Positions 36,286-47,542 of a DNA stretch of 64,000 bases are shown here, one piece after another. Source of the DNA: Felis catus (lineage: Eukaryota); contig NC_058368.1 of assembly GCF_018350175.1 (NCBI RefSeq), positions 23,376,001 to 23,440,000 on the forward strand, read 5' to 3'. How positions within the stretch are numbered: position 1 is the stretch's first letter; the number at the start of each line of letters is the position of its first letter. The notes under the pieces are model-generated. The model was not told the origin of the DNA. It saw only the letters and a program-made list of their open reading frames with translations, and did no database searches. The position numbers and the translations under genes are program-made.

Positions 36286-36905
36286 ATGAGCTTCTGATTC
36301 TTTTTAAATTGTTTTGATAGGAAAAGGATTCAAGGCTATAGTCTGTGAAATACAAGACAGGATAGCATGGACATACAAGGAAGAAATGATGGCAGAGAAG
36401 ATATCAGGTCCTGTCTGTAGGATGGGACCTGGGAGGTTGGAATAGCATTAATTTTACCTGCTAAGTAGTTTGCCTGGATCAGTTGCTCTGAACTTCCTAT
36501 TTAACTTGTGGGTGAAAGCGGAACAATGTAGCTTTTTGCCCCAACACTTGTGAGACTGCAAATTTTGGTTTCTCTCACCTTTCTTCTCTGGGTTGCCACG
36601 TGATGACTGAGCTACATGCATTACTTCCTACTCCCTAGGAGCCATGCCTTATAGACTTTCCTGATGTGCCTCTTTTTTTCAGTATTTGAGAATCTTTTCT
36701 GGAAGTCAAGGTCAAGTTGTACTGGAGAACTCTAAATGGCACGATGGGATTTTTGGGTAAAGACGGACTACAGAACAATTTCTTAAAACATCCTTTATAT
36801 ATCACAAGCGATCCTCGATAGAGAGGAGTATGGTGAGCTTGAAGGTCTGTCCAAGAAGGAGCAAAATCAGGCTGTGAGAAAGCTAACCTCTTTTCTCTGG
36901 TGCAG

Positions 36906-36960
36906 AACGTGGAGGGCTGTCAAAATGCCTCCGGCGTGTGCTGTCCCTTGTAAGCCCTCA
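36906..36960 (+). other. Candidate 55-nt exon
   Basis: Branch point GCTAAC 36882-87, pyrimidine tract, TGCAG acceptor, TCA|GTGAGT donor. Confidence 0.3.
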
Positions 36961-37686
36961 GTGAGTGAATCAAGTGCTGTGGGTTCCTTCGCTCTGCCTT
37001 GTCCTCATGAAGCCTAATTTCCCTCTGGAAATTTCCATCTGTAGCAAATGTTCTTCATGCCTTCACTGACTTCTAGAATGCTTTCAGTGTTTCCCTCCTC
37101 TGAAAGGTTCTGGCACTCAAAGGTTTCGCAGCCCAGCCTAACCCATGCTGACTTGCACACTGCCTTGTATCTTTAGTCACACAGGGTCTGTGAGGAAAGT
37201 AGGGAGTTGTATCTTCGGGGCCACCACTCCCTTCTCACCCTCTTCCTGATCCTGGGGACTCCAGGGAGCCCCTGCCTTCAGCAAGGGCCCCAATGCGGAA
37301 TGTGCCAGTAAGGTAGGGTTGCTGCCTGAGGGAAGATCCTGGCCTACTGGAGAGTTAGGCTCTTGTCCTCTCTTTTCTTCTCTTAAGAATGGTAGAAACT
37401 ATAGTTGGAGAAATAGCTAGGTTTATATCCACTCCATACTATTAACATGTTTTTTATATATGGTTTACACTGGAGATAAAGCTATCAGCTTAGTCTTACA
37501 AGAAGGACTTTAGACCTAGGGTACTTTCTGGAACTATAAAAAGGTTGCTCAATGCACTAGGTGTTAAGCAGAGAAGTGGAGCCTTTTATAAATGAGAGGG
37601 GCTACACACGTGCGGAGGAATTCTCTGGTCCAAACTGCAGAGCCTTGGGAAAATTTAAGCCATTCTTTAATTAGGAAGCACTATAT

Positions 37687-37860
37687 TAGTGATTTTCAGT
37701 GTGAGCTCAGCACTTGGGCCACAATCATCAGGGAGAAGTTATTTAAAAAGCAGATTTCTGGCTGATTTTTTGCCTAGGGAATCAGAATCTCTGAGGTGGG
37801 GCCTGGGACATCTATATTTTAAACTAATTTTCTTGGCGATCCTTATAAGGATTATTAAAT
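37687..37860. mobile_element. MER5-like hAT MITE
   Basis: GAATCAGAATCTCTGAGGTGGGGCCTGGGACATCTATATTTTAAAC. Confidence 0.6.
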
Positions 37861-37963
37861 AATGAGTGCCCGAGGGACTTCCTTCAGTTTTTGTTGTTGT
37901 TGTTGCTGTTGTTTTGTTGTTGTTCGTTTTTGTTTTTGGCTTTCTTTAAATTGAAGTATGATT

Positions 37964-38169
37964 GGGGCCTCTGGGTGGCTTGGTTGGGTGTCAGACTCTT
38001 GATTTCATCTCAGGTCATGATCTCAAGGTTCTTGGGTTTGAACCCTGCGTGAGGCTCTGTGCTGATGGTGCAGAGCCTGCTTAGGATTCTGTCTCCTTCT
38101 CTCCCTCTCTGCCCCTCCTTTACTTGGTCTTTCATTATCTCTCTCAAAAATGAATAAACTTAAAAAAAT
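37964..38169 (+). mobile_element. Can-SINE
   Basis: TSD AATT(G/A)AAGTATGATT. Confidence 0.93.
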
Positions 38170-38197
38170 AATTAAAGTATGATTAACATACAGTGAT

Positions 38198-38425
38198 GGG
38201 GTGCTGGGTAGCTCAGTCCGTTCAGCATCTGACTCTTGATTTCAGCTCAGGGCATGATCTAATGGTTCGTGGATTCGAGAACTGCGTTGGGCTCTGTGCT
38301 GACAATGCAGAGCCTGCTTGGGATTCTCTGTCTTCTCTCTCTGCCCCTCCCTGGCTTGTTCTCTCTCTCTGCCCCTCTCTCTCAAAATACATATAAAAAA
38401 CATTTAAACAAAAACAACCCCAAAA
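38198..38425 (+). mobile_element. Can-SINE
   Basis: SINEC body, TSD core CATA(C/T)AGT. Confidence 0.93.
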
Positions 38426-38790
38426 CCATATAGTATTGTATTTCAGGTATACAAAATATTGATTTGACAATTCTATACGTTACCCAGTGCTCACCAGAAT
38501 AAGTGTAGTAACTGTCCGTCACCATACAGTGTTATTACAGTATTATTGTCTATATTCCCTATGCTGTAGTTTTCATGTTTGTGACTTATTTGATAAGTGG
38601 ATATACCTCTTAATCTGTTTTATTCATCTCCCCCACCCACCTTCCCTCTGGCAGCCCCCCAGTTTGTTCTCTGTATTCAAGAGTCTGGTTTTGTTTTGTT
38701 TGTTTTGTTTTTTGGATTCCAAATATAAGTGAGATTATACGGTATTTGTCTCTCTCTGACTTACACTCTAAACTGAAAACACTCCACAGT

Positions 38791-39012
38791 TGGGTGCCAG
38801 GGTGTCTCAGTCTGTTAAGTGTCTGACTCTTGATTTTGGCTCAGGTCATGATCTCATGGTTCATGGGATCAAGTTCCGCACTGGGCTCTGTGCTGACAGC
38901 ATGGAGCTTGCTTGGGATTCTCTCTCTTCCTCTCTCTCTGCCCCTCCCCCTCTTCTGCTCTCTCTCTTTCTTTCAAAATAAATAAATTAACATTTAAAAC
39001 AAGCAAAAAACG
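38791..39012 (+). mobile_element. Can-SINE
   Basis: TSD ACACTCC(A/G)CAGT at 38779-38790 and 39013-39024. Confidence 0.93.
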
Positions 39013-39065
39013 ACACTCCGCAGTTGTCACATTTGTAAGTCTAATGTTATTTTTGGCTTAAATAG

Positions 39066-39699
39066 AATGGTAGGCAAAATTCTAAGATGAATTCCAGTGA
39101 CCCATGCCCTTGTAAAATCTCTCTTTGACTGTGGGTGGGGCTTTTAACTTGCTTCTAGCCACTATATTTTGGCAAAAATGATGGGATACCACTTCCTTGA
39201 TTATGTTACATGAGATTGCAAAGGCGAAGGGATTTTACAGATGTAATTAAGCCCCCTGCAGTAGCTGAGTTTAAGTTAACCAAATGGGAGATTAATTTGG
39301 TGGGCCTGACCTAATCAGTTGAATGCTTTATAAGTGGGTCTAGGGGTCAGAGATAGAAGAGGCAGCAGAAGCATTCTCCTGTTGGCCTTAAAGACACAAG
39401 CTAATGTGTTGGGGTGAGAGTCAAATGGCAGGGAATGGTGGGTAGCCCCTAGGAGGTGAGGGCCTTGGTCCTATAATCACAAGGGCCTGAATTCTGTGAC
39501 CAACCAGTGAGACTGGAAGAGGAGTTTGCAACTCAGATGGAATTGCAGCCCTGGCTGACACCTTGACTGCAGGCTCGTGACCTGGGCAGAGGACCCAGCT
39601 AAGTCGTGCTCAGACTCCTGACTCACGGAAGCTGTGGCACAATAGATATGTGTCATTTGCTGCTGCTGCCTGTGTTATGCAGTACAGAAGACTAATACA
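39066..39699 (+). mobile_element. MaLR solo LTR (MLT1E-like)
   Basis: TGGTAGGCAAAATTCTAAGATG...GCAGAGGACCCAGCTAAG...GACTAATACA. Confidence 0.88.
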
Positions 39700-40749
39700 A
39701 ATATTAGAGAATAAAATATCTTATTTCTTAAGCACTGCCAATTCGATTTCTCAATTGCCTTGAGTTGGCAGCAACAGTCTTCAAATCAGGGTCCAGGAAC
39801 CTGACAGAGATTAGGAGACTTTTCCAAAAGGTACATGGGCACAAAAAGGGCATCAATTCTTTGTATTCCCAGTGTCTGTACATAGTCTGTTATATATCTA
39901 TACATACTTTTTTCTCAAATTTATTGGCTTAGAAAAGTGCCTGCAAATTCAGGAAGCAGTATGGTTTCTTCTTTTTTACCTTGCTTTTCACATTTGCCTT
40001 TCTCCCACTTTCCCAAAGGAAGTCATACTTCCTCACATCTGAAATCATAGCACAGTGAATAGTTCAGGGGTGTGAAAATCTCCAGTCAAATGACACATAT
40101 CAGTATTGATGATGCTTCCATTAATCAAAACCCCATGTACCTGCTATGGGATTTTGTGTCTTTTCTTTTACTTATTTCTGTTGAGTACAAATTGTGGCAT
40201 TACAAACAGGGTATTTAGGCGTCTGTGACAATGTACTGAGCTCACATATATTGCAAATGTGTAGCAGGAAAGATGAAATGCTTTCCTGTCCCCTACTTGA
40301 TATCTGTGAAAGCGATACTTCCTAGGGAGAGGCTCATGAGAGAAAACATGTAAAGACAACATACTCCATACTTTCTTCACTCCAGGATCCAAGACCAGCT
40401 CCTACCTGGCACCTGACTGTGTTCATGTTAGAGGGCAGAGAGGTGCATAGAAAAGAGAATGATGTAAATGTTCCAGTTATCAAAACGTGTTTATGTATTT
40501 TTAAAATAGATGACGGTAGGTCTTATAATAATATGATATTTTACCCATTTGGGGCAATTTAAAAGAGTGATGTAATGGTTTTATTTAAACAATCAAAAAT
40601 CAAAAATTTACAATTTACAAAAATCAAAATGACAACATTTGCACATGTTGGACATCAGATGGGACATTTTAGTTGTCAACAAACAATTTAGAGGTGATCC
40701 ATAGTTTCTCAAAATTATTTTGGAGATATACAGTTAAAGTGTGAAGATA

Positions 40750-41122
40750 ATTGATTATATCATTCAATTACAGGCTAAGGAATGCTGGATTAATAATTCC
40801 CAAGTTTCAGTGGCTTAGAACAACCAAGAAGGTTTATTTCTCACTCATGTCACTGGTGACCCTACTCCATGCTCTTTTCTGTCCAGGATCCAGGTCAAGG
40901 AGCTGCCAGTACTTGGGACATGGCTGTGCTCATGGCAAAGGGAGAAGAGAGATGGTGATAAGATGGGGTCATTCTTAAGGCTCTAACTTGGAAATGGCAC
41001 CATGATTTTCATCACATTTTATGAATAAAAGCAAACCACATAGCCAGACCTGATACCAGTGGAACAGGAAACAAAATTCTCCCATTAGAGGGATCAACAA
41101 ATATTTGGGAACAAAATCTACA
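40750..41122 (-). mobile_element. MaLR LTR (MLT1I/J-like)
   Basis: TCAGTGGCTTAGAACAA...GGTTTATTTCTCACTCATG. Confidence 0.7.
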
Positions 41123-42519
41123 GAATTGTAGATACTAACAATAGGGCAGAATGTGGATGGGCCCAGTGGAAAAGGAAGTGGGCAAAAAAGAAACATAAAG
41201 ATGTACCTTGGTATGAAAATAGAGGCACCAGGACACCAGTTACGATGCTACTAAGTGAATAAGGGCTTCACTTATTTGGACTGACCAATTTTTTTTTTTT
41301 TTTTTTTACTTCTTTCAAATGATTTCAGATACAGTCATTTAAATCCTTCATGGAGCAGAGTTTTTAGGCGGCTGACATGTATGTGGATCAAATCCAATCA
41401 ATAGTGGATTTTTTAACAAACACTTGTGAAATTTGATGTTTTCAGTTGGCAGGTTTGTTTCATTTTTATCTTTCCAATAAGTACAAGTTCACCATTTGCC
41501 ATTTGCAAAATGATTTGTTTGTCTATTTGGAAACAGCATGCAAGAACATTGTCAGGGAAATTGATGAGGCAACAAATTCTGTTTTGAAATTGTGAAAGTT
41601 TCTCAGCATAGGAAACTTCACAGAAACCTTCTGGAACCCTCGATGAGAACTTTAGGATCAGTCAGTCACCCAAGTTTTAATGCCAATCTGTAACATAAAT
41701 GCTTCCAATATTCAAAGCTGTTCTGTTACTTGATATATTTTAATGTGGAATCTCACCTCCTACAACTGTATTGGGAGATTTTGCCACATGAAAATTTCAT
41801 ATAAAGTTCCCAAAATTATTATGTGTTTAACATATTTAAACATTTTTTTCTTTAATTTAAGTCTAGAGTAGTAGAAAGATTGATAGATTATGGTTTAAAG
41901 AAAGCTTAGGAAAAAAATATGATCATAAAGCACTACCTCTATTCTCTCATACTCTCAATAAACTCAATCTCTAGCCAATATAGCACAATGTCTTGCTTTA
42001 TAGATTGAATATAAATGAACTATTCCCTTGGGAATCCTGCGTGCAAAGTAGGTAGCATTGTGTCAGCTATACAGTAGGCACTCAATAAACATTCCCTAAC
42101 AAAAACAAGAAAAGCAATCCCAATGCTTAATGAAGTAAGGAGGGTGGTTAGGCAATTGAGGGCCACAGGGAAGAACTTAAGCTTAATTTTGAAAAGTTGA
42201 TTTTTGTTTTAGTGTGCAGAACACCAGAAGTGGTCATTTAGGAAAGTTTCTTCAGCCAGTGACTCCAATCAGAAAGGTTGATGTGGGCAGCAGGATTCTG
42301 AGGGTCATTTGTGTTGGATGTTCTTCTCTGAAAGTCTTTCAGAACTTTTCCTGGTGGCCTGGGTGCAGTCTTGAAGTATTACATTTTATCCTGGAAATTT
42401 GGCATATGGAACTAGAATCACGAACATTTTAATTGTTCTGTTTTATAAAGGTGGTTAAATAATTGTGTCTATGAGCCATCCTCTACTTCTTAAAATTCTC
42501 CCCTTGAGTTTTTGAGAAA

Positions 42520-43615
42520 TGTCATAGACTCTGGGTCTGGAGTTCTCGCCCAGTAAGAGAGTGGATAGAGGGTAGAAATGCGAGAGAGGCTAATGTCTGG
42601 GAGGAGACAAGAGCCCCGAGTAAGGGTCCTTCCTCAATTTTTATTAGGATCAGAAGGCTTACGCGCGTGATGGACGTGCACAAAGAGACAATGAAACTGT
42701 GAACATTAACTCATGGGTGTGAGGGAAAGGGGGCTTTGAAGATATGCGGAGTTAGGGGTTTTTGGTCAATACAAAACAAAATCCTGGCACTAAGCAGATG
42801 GTTGTTTCTGACAGAAAGGAGGTGCTGTCTGTTTATCTTAACTTGCCTAGGGGATAGGACAGAGCATGCTACCTCAGGGTCAACAAGGTACCTTTCTTTT
42901 GCTAATTAGCTCTGCTCTGGGCAATTGGCCCTGCTGTGGTCTGAAGTCCCGTTTTCCTATTTTTGTCCTTCCTTCCTGTGAAAGCAGCTCTCTGCCATAG
43001 TACTAAATTGGGGGTGTTTCTGCCCTGATTCCTTAATCTTGTTTACCTAATTTTGGATGCTTCCATCCTGAGATTTCCTATTCTTACACCTTTGTCCTAT
43101 ACTGGGGACCTTTGCCTTGTTTACCTAATCCTGTTTACCCACACTTGGGTGTGTTCATCCTGTGGCTTTCTAATTCTTTTGTTTTTTTAATATGAAATTT
43201 ATTGTCAAATTGGTTTCCATACAACACCCAGTGCTCATCCCAACAGGTGCCCTCCTCAATAACCATCACCCACCCTCCCCCCCACCATCAACCCTCAGTT
43301 TGTTCTCAGTTTTTAAGAGTTTCTTATGTTTTGGCTCCCTCCCTCTCTAACCTTTTTTTTTTTTTTTTTTCCCTTCCCCATGGTCTTCTGGTAAGTTTCT
43401 CAGGATCCACATAAGAGTGAAAACATATGGTATCTGTCTTTCTCTGTATGACTTGCTTCATTTAGCATAACACTCTCCAGTTCCATCCACGTTGCTACAA
43501 AAGGCCATATTTCATTCTTTCTCATTGCCACGTAGTATTCCATTGTGTATATAAACCTTTGTGCTTTGTTAGCCCATCTGTACACCTCAGGGAATTCCTA
43601 AGCTTATTTCCCACA
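42520..43615 (-). mobile_element. Solo LTR, class II (ERVK/betaretrovirus-like), ~720 bp net, interrupted by L1
   Basis: TG...CA termini (minus strand starts TGTGGGAAA). 6-bp TSD GAGAAA (42514-19) / GAGAAG (43616-21). Minus-strand AATAAA at 42640-45. CpGs retained. Confidence 0.75.
43179..43557 (-). mobile_element. Young 5'-truncated felid L1 (L1_Fc-type)
   Basis: L1_Fc 3' UTR. Minus ORF (MEYYVAMRKNEIWPFVATWMELESVML) is the L1 ORF2 C-terminus. Confidence 0.95.
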
Positions 43616-45044
43616 GAGAAGTATAATGATGATTCCAAGATCACTCAGCCAAAAGTTATGGAATTGGACCAAGAAGCCAAGCCTGACTACACATCTAGAC
43701 TTTTTTCTACTGGACTATGATTGTTGTGCTAATGAAAGGTGATCAAAATCTCATTTTTTGAGAATGACAATATGGCTTGTCTCCATATTAAAAACAATTG
43801 CTACGATTTTGAGTCTTCTACTAGGATGTTCCTAGAAGATTCTTGAGACAGCTATTTGTCATATTTTCCCCACTAATTAGTAAATACAACCTAATTGTAT
43901 GTCCATCTAGGTTAACCTCAAAGAATTTTAGCTACTTGTGTTTCCAGGATTAGTAGGTTGGGTTCAAGACTCTTTGGCACTATTCTGACAACAAATTGGG
44001 CTCTTTCCCTTTCCTTAAAAGGCAATCAGTGTAGTCATTACAAGATCAGTATTTCCTTCCTGAGACAATCAGTTTGAATGCAAAGTAAGTTTATAAGTAT
44101 TTTGTCTTAAAATGTTAGCATAGCACCATCGAAAGGGGATGGTATAAATTTGAGAAGTAGGAAGAGAATAACTAACACCTTTTGATGTTTCTTGACGGCC
44201 ATCATCCAAATTTTCCCAATTTAATCCTAGTATGTACTAAATTGTATTCCAGTGTTCTCAGTGGGGAGGGTGGTAGGTAGAAAGAAACAATGTTTAATTG
44301 GATTGTAGCTACATGACTTGTCATTAAATCAGTGAAGAATCAACCTAACCAGTTTGGTGTCTTTAAGGGAAAGCAAATTCTTGATTAACTAAATTTCTCA
44401 CTTTTTAAATTGGGTGGCTTTTTGTTGCATGGCTACATCATCAGATAAAACTAAAAATTAGAGGTTTTCTGCAAACCATAGGAGGCATTGACATTTGTCA
44501 AGGTAGCTCCTGTAGGGCTTACTTGGAAGCAGCTGAACACTGTGGAGAAGGCACAATCAGTTTTGGGTGATGTGAACTCTACCTAGAGCTCCCTCCCTCT
44601 AGACTAGTGACCCAGCTCCAAATACCAGGCCCATCTGCTATGGAGACCCTACTCAGTGCTGCATTCCCAGGGTGTCCTATAATCCTACCTGAGATATTAA
44701 TTAATAATGACTTCCAGTTCTCAGATTCCAGGGCCTATTTGAGTTGTAATGAGAGATTATAAGGAATAGCATCTCTAATGATTATATTTCAAGTAGATGG
44801 TGGGTGAAATTTTGGGGTTTGGGGAATTCTCCAGTCTTATCCCACAGGTATCTGTGTTGCTATGGAGGCTGTTCCATGCAATGAACACAGCTTACAAAAA
44901 CAGAGCCAAAGTTAGACAGTGAGGATTTTAGTCTGATTCTTCATCTGGACTCCCTTTGTTATTCCTAACTGGTTTGGAAGCACTGAGGATGAGTTTGAGA
45001 ATTTGCTACCTGTAAATGACAAGCTAGGGAAAGGAGGCATGAGG

Positions 45045-45900
45045 ATATACAACCACAAATATTTACTGAGGACAAATATATACTAAACACTGAACCAGGT
45101 ATGCAGACGAGCAAAACAAGTAGGGTCTCTGTCTTCATATTACTTGATAGGATGGTGGTGGGCGCTAGAAAGTGACCAGATATGTGCATATATGCTATGA
45201 GTTGCAATAAATACTGTGAAGGAAAATAAAAGGAGGATTTGCCCGGGGAAAGATGATCTCACTGGCGAAGTTCACAGACTCTGGAGTCCAAGTGTCTGGA
45301 TTCAAATCCCACCTCAGCTGTGTGATCTTGGGCACATTACTTAAGCCTTCAGTGCCTCACTTTGCTCAGCTGGAAAATGGGGATACTAATAATATCTACT
45401 TGATGGAGTTGTGAGGATTAAGTGAATTAGTATGTGCAAGGTGATTAGAACAGACTGGCACAAAGCAGAACTTTGACTATTATTATTACTTCTGGGGGTC
45501 AGGGAGAGAGCCTCCCTGAGGAAATGCCAGTTGAGGAGGATTTAGAGGAAGCTCCATGAAGAGGGTTAGGGAGTGGGCTCTAGGCAGAGGGAAAAGCTTC
45601 TGAGATAAGAAGGAGCACAGTACATTTGAGAGACTGAGGGCAGAAAGAGCCCATGTAGAGAGTATGCCAAGTGGCCAGAGGCTGAGATGAGGCTCCCGAG
45701 GACAGAGATCAGATTACGTTGAGATTTGAGGAGAATTTTAAGGATTCTGCTTTTTTATTTTTCTAAGTGCGATGGGAAGCCATACCTGTGTTTTATACTG
45801 AAAAAATGACATGATACAATAAAGTATGTGCCTTAAGGAAGAACATTCAGCCTTCCCTGTAGAGAATGGAGAGGAAAGTGGGGTGAGGAAACCACCTGGG
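45045..45900 (-). mobile_element. L2 3' region with a nested MIR
   Basis: CAAATATTTACTGAG...; GTGCGATGGGAAGCCA. Continues in pieces to ~47230. Confidence 0.65.
45270..45490 (+). mobile_element. MIR
   Basis: GATTCAAATCCCACCTC, CAGTGCCTCACTTTGCTCAGCTGGAAAATGGGGATA, GTTGTGAGGATTAAGTGA. Confidence 0.85.
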
Positions 45901-45903
45901 GGC

Positions 45904-46543
45904 TGTGTTAGTCTATTTGGGGTTCTCTAGAGAGATGGAAGCAATAGGATATAAACATATCTATCTGGACACACACACATAGATTTGTTTTTAGACGTGG
46001 ATCATGTGATTTTTTGGGCTAGTGAGTCGGAAACTTGCAGGGCAGGCCAACAGATTGGAAATGCCAGTAAGAATTGATGTTGAGTCTAATGGGGCACCTA
46101 GGTGACTCAGTTAGGCATCCGACTTCGGCTCAGGTCATGGCCTAATGGTCTGTGGGTTTGAACCCCACGTTGGGCTCTGTGCTGACAGCTCTGAGTCTGG
46201 AGCCACTTTCGGATTCGTGTCTCCCTCTCTCTATCTCTCTGCACCTCCTCCACTCACGCTCTGTCTCTCTCTCAAAAATAAGTAAACATGAAAAAAAAAA
46301 AGAATTGATGTTGAGTTCAAATTCCTTCCTCTTTGGGGACCTCAGCCTTTTCCCTAAAGGTCTTTAACTAGAGATGCCCACCCACACTATGGAGGATAAT
46401 GTGCTTTAGGCAAAGTCTAGTGATTTAAATGTTAATTATGTATAGAAAATATCTTTGTAGCAACATGTAGACCAGAGTCTGACCAGACAAGTGGGCACTA
46501 TAGCTTACTAAGTTGACATATAACATTAACAATCGCTATCACA
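45904..46543 (-). mobile_element. ERVL solo LTR (MLT2D-like) containing a SINE
   Basis: TGTGTTAG...GGGTTCTCTAGAGAGA...AATAGGA; AAGTTGACATATAACATTAAC...ATCACA. Confidence 0.85.
46091..46299 (+). mobile_element. Can-SINE
   Basis: TSD AAGAATTGATGTTGAGT at 46069-46085 and 46300-46316. Confidence 0.94.
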
Positions 46544-47298
46544 TGGAACTATTTCCATGGTCCATTGAGAAATGATGGTGAAATAGAGGGTGGTTGTGGG
46601 GATCAAGACTCTCCTTAATCGAGTCAAGATTAGTATAAAAAAAGAATGAGCACAAATTGGTGTTGACTGATTGTGGCCAGGGTTAAAAATCAGGAGGAAT
46701 CAAGAACATCTCCTTGATTTCTGGCAAAATTAAAAAAGAACAACAACACAGTCCTACCTCAGTCATCCAGTCAAATGTAGGAAGTAGGGGAGAGAAAAAA
46801 CCGGGGATGAGTGGAGAGAGGAGAAACGAAGAGCAAGGAAGAATCAGTGGTGGGCATCTTTCCTGTGCAGAGGCCCTGCCCATTGGTGAGGTGGGGGTGA
46901 TAGGCTCAGCACATGGGCCCTGGTGTTGGGAGGCATGTGCTAGCCATAGCTAGTAGGGGACTGGTATGCATGAGCAGTGACCTTTTACAACCATGCCCTT
47001 GCTTCCTAGTAAGTGTGGTTTGATGGAAGTCATATATTTACAGGAAAGATTGGCTCATACCACTGGGAACCAAAGTAGGAATATGGAGAGTGGATAATGC
47101 CTCTCTTCTACAAAGCTTGGGGAGAGTTTTCCCAAAAGGAGACAGTATTAGCTATGTTGAATGAAGCCAAGCAAGCCATCGTGGAAAAGTGCCCATCTAA
47201 TTTGGTCACATGGACATCTCGGGTATTAGAGTAGTTTTGCGGGTGGTCCCATTTTGCAGATGAACAAGTTGAGATTAGAAGATAGTTTAAACTAGGCT

Positions 47299-47542
47299 TG
47301 GAGCACCCAGGTGGCTCAGTCGGTTAAAGTGTCCAACTCTTGATTTGGGGTCAGGTCATGAACTTGTGGTTTGTGAGTTTGAGCCCTGTGCCCGTCTCTA
47401 CGCTGACAATGCAGGGCCTGCTTGGAATTCTCCCTCTCCCCCTCTCTCTCTCTGCCCCTGCCCCACTCACGTGCATGCATTCTCTCTCTCTCTTTCTCTA
47501 TCTCTCTCAGAAATACCTTAATTTGAAAAAAAAAAAAAAAAA
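47299..47542 (+). mobile_element. Can-SINE inside a MIR fragment
   Basis: SINEC body, CT tract, A tail. Confidence 0.92.

Larger units (their letters stand above)
37888..38765 (-). mobile_element. Carnivore L1 3' UTR interrupted by two SINEs; (TTG)n tail
   Basis: TTTCAGGTATACAA...CAGTGCTCACCAGAATAAGTGTAG...TATATTCCCTATGCTGTA. Homologous to 14.7-15.0 kb. Confidence 0.88.

Noticed and set aside
39775..40745. Possible hAT-Charlie relic (also a MER102-like piece at ~28035-28240)
   Set aside because: Only vague resemblance; I could not define TIRs or TSDs well enough to call it.
45892..45906. CTCF-like CCACCTGGGGGCTG
   Set aside because: Mismatch at a core position, and it lies at an L2/LTR junction.
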